Shown: positions 30,038 through 40,108 of the stretch, in pieces
Numbering within the stretch: the stretch's first letter is position 1
Layout of the letters: every line of letters starts with the position of its first letter
Source: an uncultured Candidatus Binatia bacterium
GTDB taxonomy: Bacteria; Desulfobacterota; Binatia; Bin18
Direction: 5' to 3'
DNA length: 64,000 bases
Assembly: GCA_965200965.1 (NCBI GenBank)
Contig: OZ241744.1
Span: 3,040,001 to 3,104,000, forward strand
The notes under the pieces: model-generated
What the model was told of the DNA's origin: nothing
What the model saw: the letters and a program-made list of their open reading frames with translations, nothing else
Database searches by the model: none
Translations under genes and position numbers: made by a program

Positions 30038-30575
30038 TCGCGCCGCGCAGTATGTCGCGCGGGCTGTAGCAGTCCTGGAACTCAGCGCAGGCCGCCTCAA
30101 AGGCCGCCTCCTGGTCGGCGCTCAGCCCCGAGGCCGGCGGTGTGGTACGCGCGATCGCGGCCCGCCATGCCGCCCGCTGTTCGTCGTCCTGGGGCAGGCC
30201 GATGGTATAATGGGTCGTACAGTCGGCGCTCAGGAAGATGACGGCCAGGCGCTTCTGGCAGGGCAGTTTGTCAAGCAGCGTGGCGTCTGCAACTTGGCAC
30301 GGGTTCACGCAGAATAGTCCGGCCTTTGTCTCACCACAGCTCGGATATAACTGATAGGCGACAGCCGCCAGCCACACCCCCCGGCTGCTCTGCCAGCTAC
30401 ACAAGGCCACGGCGACCGGAAGGCCGGCCTCAACAAACCACTCCAATTCCTCAACCCGAACGACCAGGGCCAGCTCGTCCGTCCCCTCCCGCTCAATGAA
30501 GCGGGCCGAATACAGCGGCTCAGCTTGCAGCAGCAGCCAACTGTCCCGGCTAATCACCACGCCCGTCTTTTCCAT
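30030..30575 (-). CDS. Hypothetical protein
   Basis: 181-aa ORF with RBS-like GAAGGA; no recognised motif. Confidence 0.55.
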   Translation of the reverse strand: MEKTGVVISRDSWLLLQAEPLYSARFIEREGTDELALVVRVEELEWFVEAGLPVAVALCSWQSSRGVWLAAVAYQLYPSCGETKAGLFCVNPCQVADATLLDKLPCQKRLAVIFLSADCTTHYTIGLPQDDEQRAAWRAAIARTTPPASGLSADQEAAFEAACAEFQDCYSPRDILRGAIS

Positions 30576-30727
30576 GCCAGTCCTTCATACAGGTCGCGCA
30601 GCGTTGTCAACCGCGTCTTCCCAGCAACTCGTGCAACATTGATATGGATTCTTCTTCCGTATTGCCGAGCCTGCGCAGCTTCGTGAGCAGACGGGGATTA
30701 AGCCGACTCGCAATCAGTGGTACTACA

Positions 30728-31667
30728 CTACTCGCTCAGTCGTAATTCAATATCTGCGGGATCAATACCGAACCGTTCCAGCAATTGTTTCGCCCGTTCG
30801 ACACTCCAATTTGCCTTTCCTGGTTTAGCACACCACATACCTCCGCTTATCCGTATCGGCTTCGGAAGTTTATGACGGTCTGTGTCTACACAATGGAAAG
30901 GTCGGCACCCTTTTATTTCCACGGGACAGGCACCTTTGGTCAAATTCCCTTTCTGCGCCAGCCAGTCGGCAAGACACACAAACATCTTCTGCCATGCCGC
31001 ACCCCCGCTCTCCATCCATTCGCAATCAATATCATTCCCTTTGAACCTGATTTTTGTCGGATGAGGATTGACCTTGTATAGCCCATGACGAGAATATCTG
31101 TATCTCTCCACTGAATCGAGGCGAATCCACTTGCCTGGTCGGGCAGGTTGCTGTGGCCTGACGAGGCGATGTATATCTTTCGGCGGCGGATGGCCTCGTC
31201 GCTGCTTACGGTAGTCGCTAATGTCGGTCGGCTTCAATCTACTGCATTTCTCCCAGCGAGTATTGAACCATTCCATAACTGATCCCACATCCTCGGTTTC
31301 AAAAACAGTTTCCTCGTTACACCCAAATCCTGCCTCTGTGAAATTCGCGCTGCCAATCCAGGCAACCGATTTCTTCGGTCTTTGGAAAATGTACACCTTG
31401 GGATGGAACATTCGACCCTTGCGGCCCACAAGGCGGAGTTCCCCGACTTCATTCAACCTTTCCAACGCCTCGGGTTCAGTGGCGTTGCCGAAAATTCTCA
31501 CAATGGCACCGAGGCCGGACTTTTGGCCGTTTCTGCTTCCTGACAGCATTTTCCAAGGCTTCCAATGCCTTCCCCGATGTTGCCCATGCGGTGGCGATGT
31601 CGATTTTATTTGCAAATTTCAGGTTTTTCTGAAACTGGCTTTGAATATCTTTTTCAGTCAGAAACAT
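30728..31667 (-). pseudogene. Frameshifted phospholipase-D-family (restriction-type) nuclease
   Basis: N-terminus MFLT...IDIATAWAT in one frame; GNATEPEAL...FHPKVYIF...WIGSANFT..G...NEE in another; shift near 31515. Confidence 0.75.
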
Positions 31668-32139
31668 CAGCCTCTCCCAGTGGGACGCTTCCAATAAGTG
31701 ACCGAGTAATCCTCCCCCCCCTTACGACCAAGCCATCCTGATAGGCAAGGGGCACATCGCTCATAAATGTCTCTGTTTCCGTTGAGGTTGCAGGCTCCTT
31801 GTCGATCCAAGCGACCACACCGCCCTATCAGGCTTGATGGTAGCCCTAGAGTGATTTAGGGGCGTTCTCTTTCTATCATCCCTTCTATGCGTTGGCAAAG
31901 TGGCAGGGAGCTTCCCTTGACCACTCTATTTCCCTGCGTTGTCGTTTCTCCGTTCACATTCAACATGGACGCCCGTCACCAAGTCGGGCCGCCTGCTGAA
32001 TGCAAGAGCCTTCACGCAGGGAGGGAGTAGCTACCCGCCCATGGTGAATAGGCAGGGCCTCACCATATCCATGCTGATGTGAACACGGCCCGGCAACCCC
32101 AAGCCGGTCGTGCTCACATTTCTATGGGGAGGAGGTTCT

Positions 32140-32736
32140 ATGACGGATCAGGCAAAACGAGTGTTCATGATGGCAGTACTACTGGGGAGTTCCGGTCTGG
32201 GCCTGACCAGTGGGTGTACCCGGGTCCCACCTCGGGTCCAGCTTGTTGCCTTCCCACCGGCGGCGTCGAACCGAGTGGGGGCTGGAGCATCGTTGCATCT
32301 CATCGTAATGGATGACAGGGATCAAAGAACGGTCGGACAACGAGGGGTCGGGGCGATAGGGTCAGACATTACGCTCCGGACCTGATGAGCTATCTCACAC
32401 GGCAAGTCACAAAAGGGTTTCAGGACCGGGGGGCCCTCCTCGTAAGTCAGGACAAAGCGGATGCCGCGCTCACCGTCTCCTTACGGTCCTTCCGGTGGGA
32501 CATTCAAATGGGCTGCTGACAGGCGGGGAGGATATTTATGTCGCCCTGAAAGCAGAAGGACGGCAGGTCGTCACACAAAAAGAACTCACAGGATCTACCA
32601 ATATGCTAACGAAATGCGGGCGATCTTTGTGGCGCACGGGTCGGAGATTAGCGAAAAGATGGACGCGGGTTTATCCCATGTGCTCAAACGGTTGTTCACG
32701 GATGAACAATTCCTGCGGTTTCTTGCTGGAAAATAG
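32140..32736 (+). pseudogene. YajG-like lipoprotein, multiply frameshifted
   Basis: GGAGG RBS, lipobox LTSGC, DDR...VGQRG, C-terminal LKRLFTDEQFLRFL; shifts near 32373, 32510 and 32580. Confidence 0.65.
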
Positions 32737-32783
32737 CCGTGTCCATGCAGGCTATGCTTGTGTGAGGGGTCGTCAAGTTTGGT

Positions 32784-33743
32784 CTATAATTCCCCTTCCA
32801 GAAGAGCGGTCAGCTTGCCGACCGCACTGCGCCCGGGCTGGCGCGCCCAGCCGGCGGCAACCCCGGCTTTGCCTCCCACCGCGGCGAGCCCAACCCGGCC
32901 AAGCTCATAGCGCAACTCGCTGACAGCCCAGGCGATTTCCTGCTCTGCCCGTCGTGAGCCGAGCGTCCCCTTTGCCTGGAGATAGTGGTAGTGGTCAGCA
33001 ATGGTCGTGTCCAGCCGGTCAAGGTTCAGCTTGCTCAGTGCGCTGACGGCCAGGACCGGACTTGACCACCCAGCCGAACCCGGCTCCAGCGCCAACGCAG
33101 CCCTGACCTCAGCCACGGCCCTGTCGGCCAGGGCTGCGTCGTCGGCCTTATTGACAGCCAGGATATCGGGAATTTCCATCACCCCGGCTTTGATGAACTG
33201 CAACACATCGCCGGAGAAGGGCTGGACGACGAGCACCACCGTATCGGCAATGTTCGCAATGTCGGTCTCACTCTGGCCAACGCCGACCGTTTCGACCAGC
33301 ACCACATCACAGAGATGACGCAACAGAAAAACGGCCAGAAACGCCTCCCGGCTCAGCCCGCCCAGCCGGTCGCGGGCGGCAAAGCTGCGGGCATACACCG
33401 AGGCCGCAGGGGAAAGGCCCAGCCGGCTGCGGTCGCCCAGCAGCGCCCCCCCGGAAACCTTGCTCGACGGGTCAATCGCCACAACGCCGAGCCGCCGCCC
33501 GGCCTGAACCGAGCATGCGATCAGATGCGCAGTCAAGGAGCTTTTGCCAACCCCGGGCGGGCCGGTCATCCCGACGATGTGGGCCGGGGCCGGCAGGGCC
33601 GCCAACTCATCCAGCAGCGCCAGAGCGCGCTCATGGTGTGCGGGGCGGCGGTCTTCAAGCAGATTGAGAGCGGCTGCTATGGCTTGGCGATCAAAATTCA
33701 GCAGGGCTTGGCGGTCAATGAGAGGGACAGGAGGAGTGCGCAT
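32784..33743 (-). CDS. meaB: Methylmalonyl-CoA mutase-associated GTPase MeaB
   Basis: GPPGVGKS, IDPSS..SGGALLGDR, ETVGVGQSE, KAGVMEIPD, NKAD. Confidence 0.93.
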   Translation of the reverse strand: MRTPPVPLIDRQALLNFDRQAIAAALNLLEDRRPAHHERALALLDELAALPAPAHIVGMTGPPGVGKSSLTAHLIACSVQAGRRLGVVAIDPSSKVSGGALLGDRSRLGLSPAASVYARSFAARDRLGGLSREAFLAVFLLRHLCDVVLVETVGVGQSETDIANIADTVVLVVQPFSGDVLQFIKAGVMEIPDILAVNKADDAALADRAVAEVRAALALEPGSAGWSSPVLAVSALSKLNLDRLDTTIADHYHYLQAKGTLGSRRAEQEIAWAVSELRYELGRVGLAAVGGKAGVAAGWARQPGRSAVGKLTALLEGEL

Positions 33744-33809
33744 ATTCAGAGTCCTCCTCAAAATCTTCCTTGTAAAAACCCTGGAGCAGAATGCAATGAC
33801 GCCAGCGGT

Positions 33810-33993
33810 ATGGGGAGGGAACGGCGAAAAACCCTGGTGACAATTCTCATCAAGGCAGGAAAGTTTACAACAGGTGGATTGGTCGTTGGCTATTTTGTCG
33901 TGTCACGGCCTATCAGCGCTTTCACCGCTATCTGGGGGGAGGGTTTTCGCCTTGGCCTGTTTTGCTTTGGCCGTCCTCATTTCTTGGGAGTAA
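33810..33993 (+). pseudogene. Small two-TM membrane protein with probable +1 frameshift
   Basis: MGRERRKTLVTILIKAGKFTTGGLVVGYFV...; removing one T at ~33960 gives GLFALAVLISWE-stop. Confidence 0.4.
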
Positions 33994-33997
33994 CACT

Positions 33998-34099
33998 ATG
34001 GATGTCATGGGTTATATTTTTATGGCTGGCACAGTGATCGTCCTGATCGTTGGCGGATGGGTACTCTACCAGGACCGTACCCAGCGTGAGTCCGAATAG
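33998..34099 (+). CDS. 33-aa single-TM peptide (not in ORF track)
   Basis: GGGAG RBS; MDVMGYIFMAGTVIVLIVGGWVLYQDRTQRESE. Confidence 0.55.
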   Translation: MDVMGYIFMAGTVIVLIVGGWVLYQDRTQRESE

Positions 34100-34135
34100 T
34101 GTCTGTCCCGTTTTTGGCAGGCAGCCCGGACGGGT

Positions 34136-36106
34136 TTACCGCTCCGCGGCTTCGGCCACCTCGACCAGGTCCGACACAATCCGCACCATCTCAAAGTCCT
34201 TGGGCGTGTACACGCGCGCTACGCCAGCCCGCCGCAAGGACTCGGCGTCGTCCTCAGGAATAATCCCGCCGACCACAACCGGCACCTCGTCAAGCCCCTC
34301 GGCTTTGAGGCCGTCAAGAATCTCCGGCACCAGGCGCAGGTGTGAGCCGGACAGGATGCTCAGGCCAATGACATGTACGCCTTCATCCCGGGCGCTGGCA
34401 ACGATCTGCTCCGGGGTGAGCCGAATCCCCTCATACACGACTTCCATCCCGGCGTCCCGGCACCACACCGCCACCTGCTCGGCCCCGTTGGAATGCCCGT
34501 CCAGGCCAGGCTTGCCGACCAGCACCTTGAGCGGCCGGCCCAGGACCTCGGCCGAGCCGCGGACCCGCTCACGCATGACTTGCATCTGCTCAACCCCGGC
34601 ATCCTGGCGTGCCGCGGGCGCAGCGCCAAGGCCGGTCGGGGCACGAAACGCGCCAAAGATAGACCGCAGCGTGTCGCTCCACTCGCCGGTGGTCACGCCA
34701 GCGTGGGCGCAACGGATTGAGGCCGGCATCAGGTTTGTCCCGCCGGTCGCCCCGTCGGCCAGACTGGCCAGGGCGGCATTGACCTCAGCTTGGTTGCGGG
34801 CCGCCCGAAAGGCGCGCAGACGCTCAATCTGATCGCGTTCTGCGGCTTCATCCACCTTGAGAATAGAGGACGACTCCCCGCTGTACAGGGGCGAGGGCGC
34901 GGTCTCAGTAAAGGCATTCACCCCGACGACGATCTGCTCCCTGGCGTTAATCCGCCGCACCCGCTCGGTATGACTGGCCACCAGCTGCTCCTTGATGGAG
35001 TCCAGGGCGGCAATCACCCCGCCCATGTCCAGCACCCGCCCCAGCTCCTGGCCGGCCGCGGTCTTCAGCGCGGCGGTCTTCCGTTCAATGACCGTGCTGC
35101 CCTCAAAGATATCCCCGTACTCCAGAAGGTCGGTCTCAAAGGCCAGGATTTGCTGAATCCGTAAACTCCACTGCTGGTCCCACGGTCGTGGCAGCCCCAG
35201 GGCCTCATTCCAGGTCGGGAGTTGCAGGGCCCGGCAGCGGGCGTCTTTGCTGAGGGTCACACCCAGGGCCTCCAGGACAATCCGGGGAACATTGTTCTCG
35301 GGTTGGGCCTCGGTCAGCCCCAGGGAGTTGACCTGCACGCCGTAGCGAAAGCGGCGCAGCTTTGGCTCGGTCACGCCGTAGCGGTCACGCGCCAGCTCGT
35401 CCCACAACTGGCCAAAGGCACGCAGCTTGCACACCTCCTCAATGAAGCGCACGCTGGCATTGACAAAGAAGCTCACCCGGCCCACCGCCGTGGCCAGTTG
35501 CCCGGGGCTGAGCTGGCCGGAGTCACGCACCGTATCAAGAATGGCGACCGCGGTGCTGAGCGCATAGGCCACCTCCTGGACCGGCGTCGCCCCGGCTTCC
35601 TGCAAATGGTAGGAACACACGTTGACCGGGTTCCACTTGGGTACCTGGGCCACCGTGTAGGTCATGACATCGCTGATCAGACGCAGGCTTGGCCGGGGCG
35701 GAAAAATATACGTCCCGCGCGACAGATATTCCTTGACAATATCGTTCTGGGTCGTGCCCTGAAGGGACGCCGGGGCCACGCCCTGACGCTCGGCCAGGGC
35801 GATGTAGAGGGCCAGCAGCCAGGCCGCGGTGGCGTTGATCGTCATTGAGGTGTTCATCTGGCCGAGCGGGATTTTGTGGAACAGGGCCTCCATATCGTTC
35901 AGATGACAGACCGGCACGCCGACCTTGCCGACCTCGCCCCGGGCCAGAGGGTGGTCGCTGTCATAGCCGGTCTGGGTCGGCAGGTCGAAGGCCACCGACA
36001 AGCCGGTCTGACCCTTGCTGAGGTTCAGCCGGTACAGGTCATTGCTGGCCTTGGCCGTGGAGTGACCGGAGTAGGTCCGCATGACCCAGGGTTTGTCTCG
36101 TGACAT
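34136..36106 (-). CDS. ecm: Ethylmalonyl-CoA mutase (MeaA/Ecm)
   Basis: [56 protein letters not shown]. Confidence 0.93.
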   Translation of the reverse strand: MSRDKPWVMRTYSGHSTAKASNDLYRLNLSKGQTGLSVAFDLPTQTGYDSDHPLARGEVGKVGVPVCHLNDMEALFHKIPLGQMNTSMTINATAAWLLALYIALAERQGVAPASLQGTTQNDIVKEYLSRGTYIFPPRPSLRLISDVMTYTVAQVPKWNPVNVCSYHLQEAGATPVQEVAYALSTAVAILDTVRDSGQLSPGQLATAVGRVSFFVNASVRFIEEVCKLRAFGQLWDELARDRYGVTEPKLRRFRYGVQVNSLGLTEAQPENNVPRIVLEALGVTLSKDARCRALQLPTWNEALGLPRPWDQQWSLRIQQILAFETDLLEYGDIFEGSTVIERKTAALKTAAGQELGRVLDMGGVIAALDSIKEQLVASHTERVRRINAREQIVVGVNAFTETAPSPLYSGESSSILKVDEAAERDQIERLRAFRAARNQAEVNAALASLADGATGGTNLMPASIRCAHAGVTTGEWSDTLRSIFGAFRAPTGLGAAPAARQDAGVEQMQVMRERVRGSAEVLGRPLKVLVGKPGLDGHSNGAEQVAVWCRDAGMEVVYEGIRLTPEQIVASARDEGVHVIGLSILSGSHLRLVPEILDGLKAEGLDEVPVVVGGIIPEDDAESLRRAGVARVYTPKDFEMVRIVSDLVEVAEAAER

Positions 36107-36132
36107 CGGGCTTCTCCTTTGGCTGGGGCGGT

Positions 36133-36963
36133 CTAGCGAGACAGAAGTTGGAGCAGCACGCCGTGGGTATGTCTGGGGCTGATCATGGCCATCGGCCCGG
36201 CTGAGCCGTTGATCATCCTGGCCGGAATCCCGCCCTCGGCCAGGGTCTGGACCGCGCCCTCCAGATGATCGACATCCAGCGACAGCAGGTACAGGCCTTC
36301 GCCCTTGTTGTTGAGAAACTGCCCGATCGGGCTGGGGTCGCCCAGGGGGGTGACCATTTCTACTTTGGCACCCCCAATCGGCAAAAATGTATTACGCAGC
36401 CCCAGACCCGGCGCGTCCCTGGCCGCTTCCCGCTCCAGCCCGAAATGCTGCTGATAGGTCGCTACCGCGGCTTCGAGGTCCTTGACCGCAATCACCACAT
36501 GATCGAGCCGTTTGGCGCTGAAGCGCCGCTCGCGCCCCCGGCTCGGCAAGGAGTGTTCGGCATGACCGACCGGCTGGGCGTATTCGACCAGGACGCTGCA
36601 ACACGCCTGGGGGTGCAGAAAAGCGATCCTCCCGGCTAGGCCGGCCCGGGGCTGTTGGTCAATCAGCCGGATACCCTTGTCTTTGGCGTCTTGGAGTTCG
36701 ACTTCGATATTATCGGTCTCAAAACACAGGTGGTGCAGGCCGCCGCCCTTGTTGTCCAGGAATCGGGCCACCCCGGAATCTGGAGTTATCGGCTCAAGCA
36801 GCTCAATCTCACTCTCCCCAACGGGCAGCAGGGCGGCTTTGACGCCCTGGTCTGCTATGCGGGCCACCTTGCCCAGCGGCAGTCCGAGGGTATCGCGGTA
36901 AAAAGCATAGGCGTCCTCAAGATTGCGGACGACAATCCCGACATGGTGAATCTTTGACAGCAT
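36133..36963 (-). CDS. Methylmalonyl/ethylmalonyl-CoA epimerase with a duplicated VOC domain
   Basis: HHVGIVV...IELLEP...GLHHLCF...AFLHP...LVE, followed by a second VOC repeat. Confidence 0.85.
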   Translation of the reverse strand: MLSKIHHVGIVVRNLEDAYAFYRDTLGLPLGKVARIADQGVKAALLPVGESEIELLEPITPDSGVARFLDNKGGGLHHLCFETDNIEVELQDAKDKGIRLIDQQPRAGLAGRIAFLHPQACCSVLVEYAQPVGHAEHSLPSRGRERRFSAKRLDHVVIAVKDLEAAVATYQQHFGLEREAARDAPGLGLRNTFLPIGGAKVEMVTPLGDPSPIGQFLNNKGEGLYLLSLDVDHLEGAVQTLAEGGIPARMINGSAGPMAMISPRHTHGVLLQLLSR

Positions 36964-36974
36964 GGCACGCTCTC

Positions 36975-38012
36975 CTAGCCGACCCGTTTCATCTGCTCCA
37001 GAATATTGTAGCCGGTAATGGCCTGGCTCTTGGCCGCCTGTGCGGCCAGATAGGACTGCTCAACCGTGCCGGCCTGGGCGGCTTTGGCCAGGTCCATCAG
37101 GGCAATCTTGATCGTCGCCTCGTCAATCATCTCACCGGTCTCGGGGTCGGGCATCGAGCCGCCACCCTTGCCGTGGTACAGGTCAAGGACCCGCATGGCG
37201 TAGCCGACCTGCTCCTCAGTCGGGGTAAAGCAGGCGTTGGCAATCGCCGCCTGCTGGGGGTGGATAACCCAGGTGCCATCCATGCCGATATTGGCCGAGC
37301 CGACATTCTTGTCGCGCAGGCCGGCTTCAATCTCGGCCACTTTTTCGGGCGGGTCGTCCCTGCGCCACAGCGGCAGATAGACATTATCAACGGCGTGCAG
37401 CCCGGCCGCTTTGGCCGCCACCACTACGGCCTGCTTGGAATAGTGAAAGTTGACGTTCTGGCCTTTGACAATCTCCCGAATCCCCAGCGTTGCCGCAAAG
37501 TCGGCAATGCCGAAGATCAGCCCGGCCATCCGGTCTGAGGCGCTGGCAATGTCGTAGGCCCTGACTACCGCCTGGGGGATTTCGATCAGCGACTCAAGCC
37601 GTACCCGGCTCTGCCAGCCGGCCTGTTTCTCCAGACTGTCAAGCAGCGTCGACACATATCTGATATCGTCCGGGCCGTGGACCTTGGGCAGGATGAGGCC
37701 GTGGAACTTGTCCACCGCCCCCAGCATGATCGCCTCAAGGTCTCCCAGAAAGAACTCCGAGCGGATGTTATTGGGCCGCACAGTCACGACTTTTTTGCCG
37801 AAATCCAGATTGTTGAGCGCCTCCACCACACAGTTCCGGCTCTGCGGGCCTTTGAACTCGTAGGGGCAGGCGTCCTCAAAGTCCATCATCACATGATCGA
37901 CCGGCGATTTGACCGGATCGGCCGCGTTCTGGTGGAGCTTCATACTGTGACCGGGATAGGTCATCTCGGTCCGCGGGATCACAAAACGCTTGCCTTCATC
38001 AAGCACAAACAT
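36975..38012 (-). CDS. CitE-family CoA ester lyase, likely malyl-CoA/beta-methylmalyl-CoA lyase
   Basis: DFEDA, VTVRPN, LPKV, LIE, FGIADF, WVIHPQQ, MIDEA; ecm/mcd context. Confidence 0.8.
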   Translation of the reverse strand: MFVLDEGKRFVIPRTEMTYPGHSMKLHQNAADPVKSPVDHVMMDFEDACPYEFKGPQSRNCVVEALNNLDFGKKVVTVRPNNIRSEFFLGDLEAIMLGAVDKFHGLILPKVHGPDDIRYVSTLLDSLEKQAGWQSRVRLESLIEIPQAVVRAYDIASASDRMAGLIFGIADFAATLGIREIVKGQNVNFHYSKQAVVVAAKAAGLHAVDNVYLPLWRRDDPPEKVAEIEAGLRDKNVGSANIGMDGTWVIHPQQAAIANACFTPTEEQVGYAMRVLDLYHGKGGGSMPDPETGEMIDEATIKIALMDLAKAAQAGTVEQSYLAAQAAKSQAITGYNILEQMKRVG

Positions 38013-38105
38013 GGCGGCCTCCTCATCTGTCGAGAGTCACACGCGCTGTTTAGCAGATTCATGCCAGCTACCCAACTGCCCTAGCCCAGATTCGGAGGGG
38101 GTGGT

Positions 38106-39785
38106 ATGGCTGTGCAACCGAAGGAGACCCGCGCGAAGGAGACCCGTATGAGCGACGTACTGCGGCAGACCGAGACCATTGTAGACGCCCTGCAGAAAGT
38201 TCGCGACGAAGCCCTCCACTACGGCCGTAGCCTGACCAGCAACGGCACGGCCATTGACGAGCACCAGGTCCACGCCGAACGGCTGGCCTATCTGGCGACC
38301 GAGGTCGAAGCCGCCCAGGCCCTGCTCAGCTATGCCAAGGCCGCCAGCCAAAACGGCGACACCGGGGTCGGCGACAAGGCGCTCGGTTTTGCCGCCGAGG
38401 TCAGCCACAAGCTGATCGCCCAGGTTGATGTGCATCTGGCCGACTTTGGATTTTCCGAGGCCTTTGTGGCCGACACGCTGGGCAGTGCCACGGTCAAGGC
38501 GGCCATTCGCTCAGGCGCAAAAGAGGAGCGCTTTCGTCGCATCGGGCGGGCCGAGCTGGCCACGCAGGGTGCCAACAATTCGTGGCTGGAGAGCGACATC
38601 GGGCTGATGACGCGCGATTCGGTACGGCAGTTCGCCAAGACCGAAGTGGCCCCTCTTGCCGAAACCGTCCATCGCAACGACGCCCTCATCCCCGAGCGCA
38701 TTATCACCAGCATGGCCGAACTCGGCTATTTCGGCATGTCGGTCCCCGAAGAGTACGGCGGCGGCAACATGGGCAATCTGGCCATGATTCTTACCACCGA
38801 AGAGTTGTCCGCGGCCTCGCTCGGCGTAGCCGGCAGCCTGATTACCCGGCCCGAAATTCTCATCAAAGCCCTGCTGCGCGGCGGCACCCCGGTCCAGAAG
38901 CAGCAATGGCTGCCACCGGTTGCGGCCGGACGCCTGATGGTCGCCATTTCAGTCACCGAGCCTGATACCGGCTCGGATGTGGCCTCGGTGGTGTGCCGAG
39001 CCGAGCCGGCCACGGTCGGCGGCAAGACCGGCTATGTCCTGAACGGCGCAAAAGCGTGGTGTACGTTTGCCGGGCGGGCCGATATCATCGCCCTGTTGGC
39101 CCGGACCGACCCTGACATGCGCTCTCGGGCGCGGGGTCTGTCGCTGTTCATTGTTGAGAAAGACGCTTTTGACGGACATACATTTGAGATGATACAGCCC
39201 ACCGGTGGAGTGATGCGGGGTGACGCAATCCCGACCCTGGGCTACCGGGGCATGCACTCGTATGTGCTGAACTGCGACAAGTACTTTGTGCCGGCTGAAA
39301 ATCTGGTGGGCGAAGAAGCCGGGCTGAACAGAGGCTTTTATCTGCAAATGGCGGGCTTTGCCGCGGGACGCTTACAGACCGGCGGGCGGGCCACCGGCCT
39401 GGCCCAGGCCGCCTTGGAAGTCAGCGCCGCCTATGCCGGCGAGCGCAAGCAGTTCGGAGCCGCGCTGGGCAACTTTCAGCTTACCCAGTACAAGCTGGGC
39501 CGTATGGCCAGCCACTTGGCCGCGGCCCGGCAACTGACTTATGCCGCGGCCCCGGCTATGGACAAGGACGAGTCGGCCAGCCTGACCGCGGCTATGGCCA
39601 AGCTGCTGGCCTGTGACGTGGCTGTGTGGGTCAGCCAGGAGGGCCAGTTGATACACGGCGGCTGGGGCTATGGCGAGGAGTACGCCATCTCACGCTATGT
39701 GGTGGACGCCCTGGTGCTGCCGATCTTTGAAGGCGTCAAGCCGGTGCTGGAACTCAAGGTCATTGCCAGAACCTTGCTGGCCTAG
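38106..39785 (+). CDS. mcd: Acyl-CoA dehydrogenase, likely (2S)-methylsuccinyl-CoA dehydrogenase
   Basis: N-terminal extension plus EELS...GSLITRPEI, TEPDTGSD, LGYRGM, IHGGWGY, IFEG; divergent from ecm. Confidence 0.8.
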   Translation: MAVQPKETRAKETRMSDVLRQTETIVDALQKVRDEALHYGRSLTSNGTAIDEHQVHAERLAYLATEVEAAQALLSYAKAASQNGDTGVGDKALGFAAEVSHKLIAQVDVHLADFGFSEAFVADTLGSATVKAAIRSGAKEERFRRIGRAELATQGANNSWLESDIGLMTRDSVRQFAKTEVAPLAETVHRNDALIPERIITSMAELGYFGMSVPEEYGGGNMGNLAMILTTEELSAASLGVAGSLITRPEILIKALLRGGTPVQKQQWLPPVAAGRLMVAISVTEPDTGSDVASVVCRAEPATVGGKTGYVLNGAKAWCTFAGRADIIALLARTDPDMRSRARGLSLFIVEKDAFDGHTFEMIQPTGGVMRGDAIPTLGYRGMHSYVLNCDKYFVPAENLVGEEAGLNRGFYLQMAGFAAGRLQTGGRATGLAQAALEVSAAYAGERKQFGAALGNFQLTQYKLGRMASHLAAARQLTYAAAPAMDKDESASLTAAMAKLLACDVAVWVSQEGQLIHGGWGYGEEYAISRYVVDALVLPIFEGVKPVLELKVIARTLLA

Positions 39786-39803
39786 CGTCGGGCACTCTCG
39801 CTG

Positions 39804-40101
39804 TCAGGCCGCCCCGCGCTGGGCGGTAATGGCCTCGCGCAAGCCGTCAAGCAGGCCTTCGAGATGGGCTAGGCGCTCGCGGAGTTTGACCTGCTGCTGC
39901 TCGAGAGCAGTGAACCGTTGGCCAAAGTCCCGGCGCAACTCTGCCAATTCCGCCCCAAAGTCCCGGCGCAACTCCGCCAATTCCCTGCGCTGGGCCGCCA
40001 ACTCCGCCCGGAGGGTCCGTTGGCTGGTCAGGATCAGGCCGGCCAGGGTCAGCCCAACAGCACCGACGGCAATCAAGACACTGAATCAATTCGAGACCCA
40101 T
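39804..40101 (-). pseudogene. Small TM + coiled-coil protein, frameshifted near the start (or starting at 40076)
   Basis: ATG 40101; removing one T gives MGLELISVLIAVGAVGLTLAGL; ends LRERLAHLEGLLDGLREAI. Confidence 0.6.
39922..39984. repeat. 33-bp tandem repeat x2 (ELAELRRDFG units)
   Basis: ccaaagtcccggcgcaactc(t/c)gccaattcc at 39922 and 39955. Confidence 0.85.
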
Positions 40102-40108
40102 AGAGCAC

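Noticed and set aside
32018-32120. yybP-ykoY riboswitch (GGGAGTAGC seen)
   Set aside because: Other conserved elements are not evident and the downstream gene is not a Mn-related transporter.
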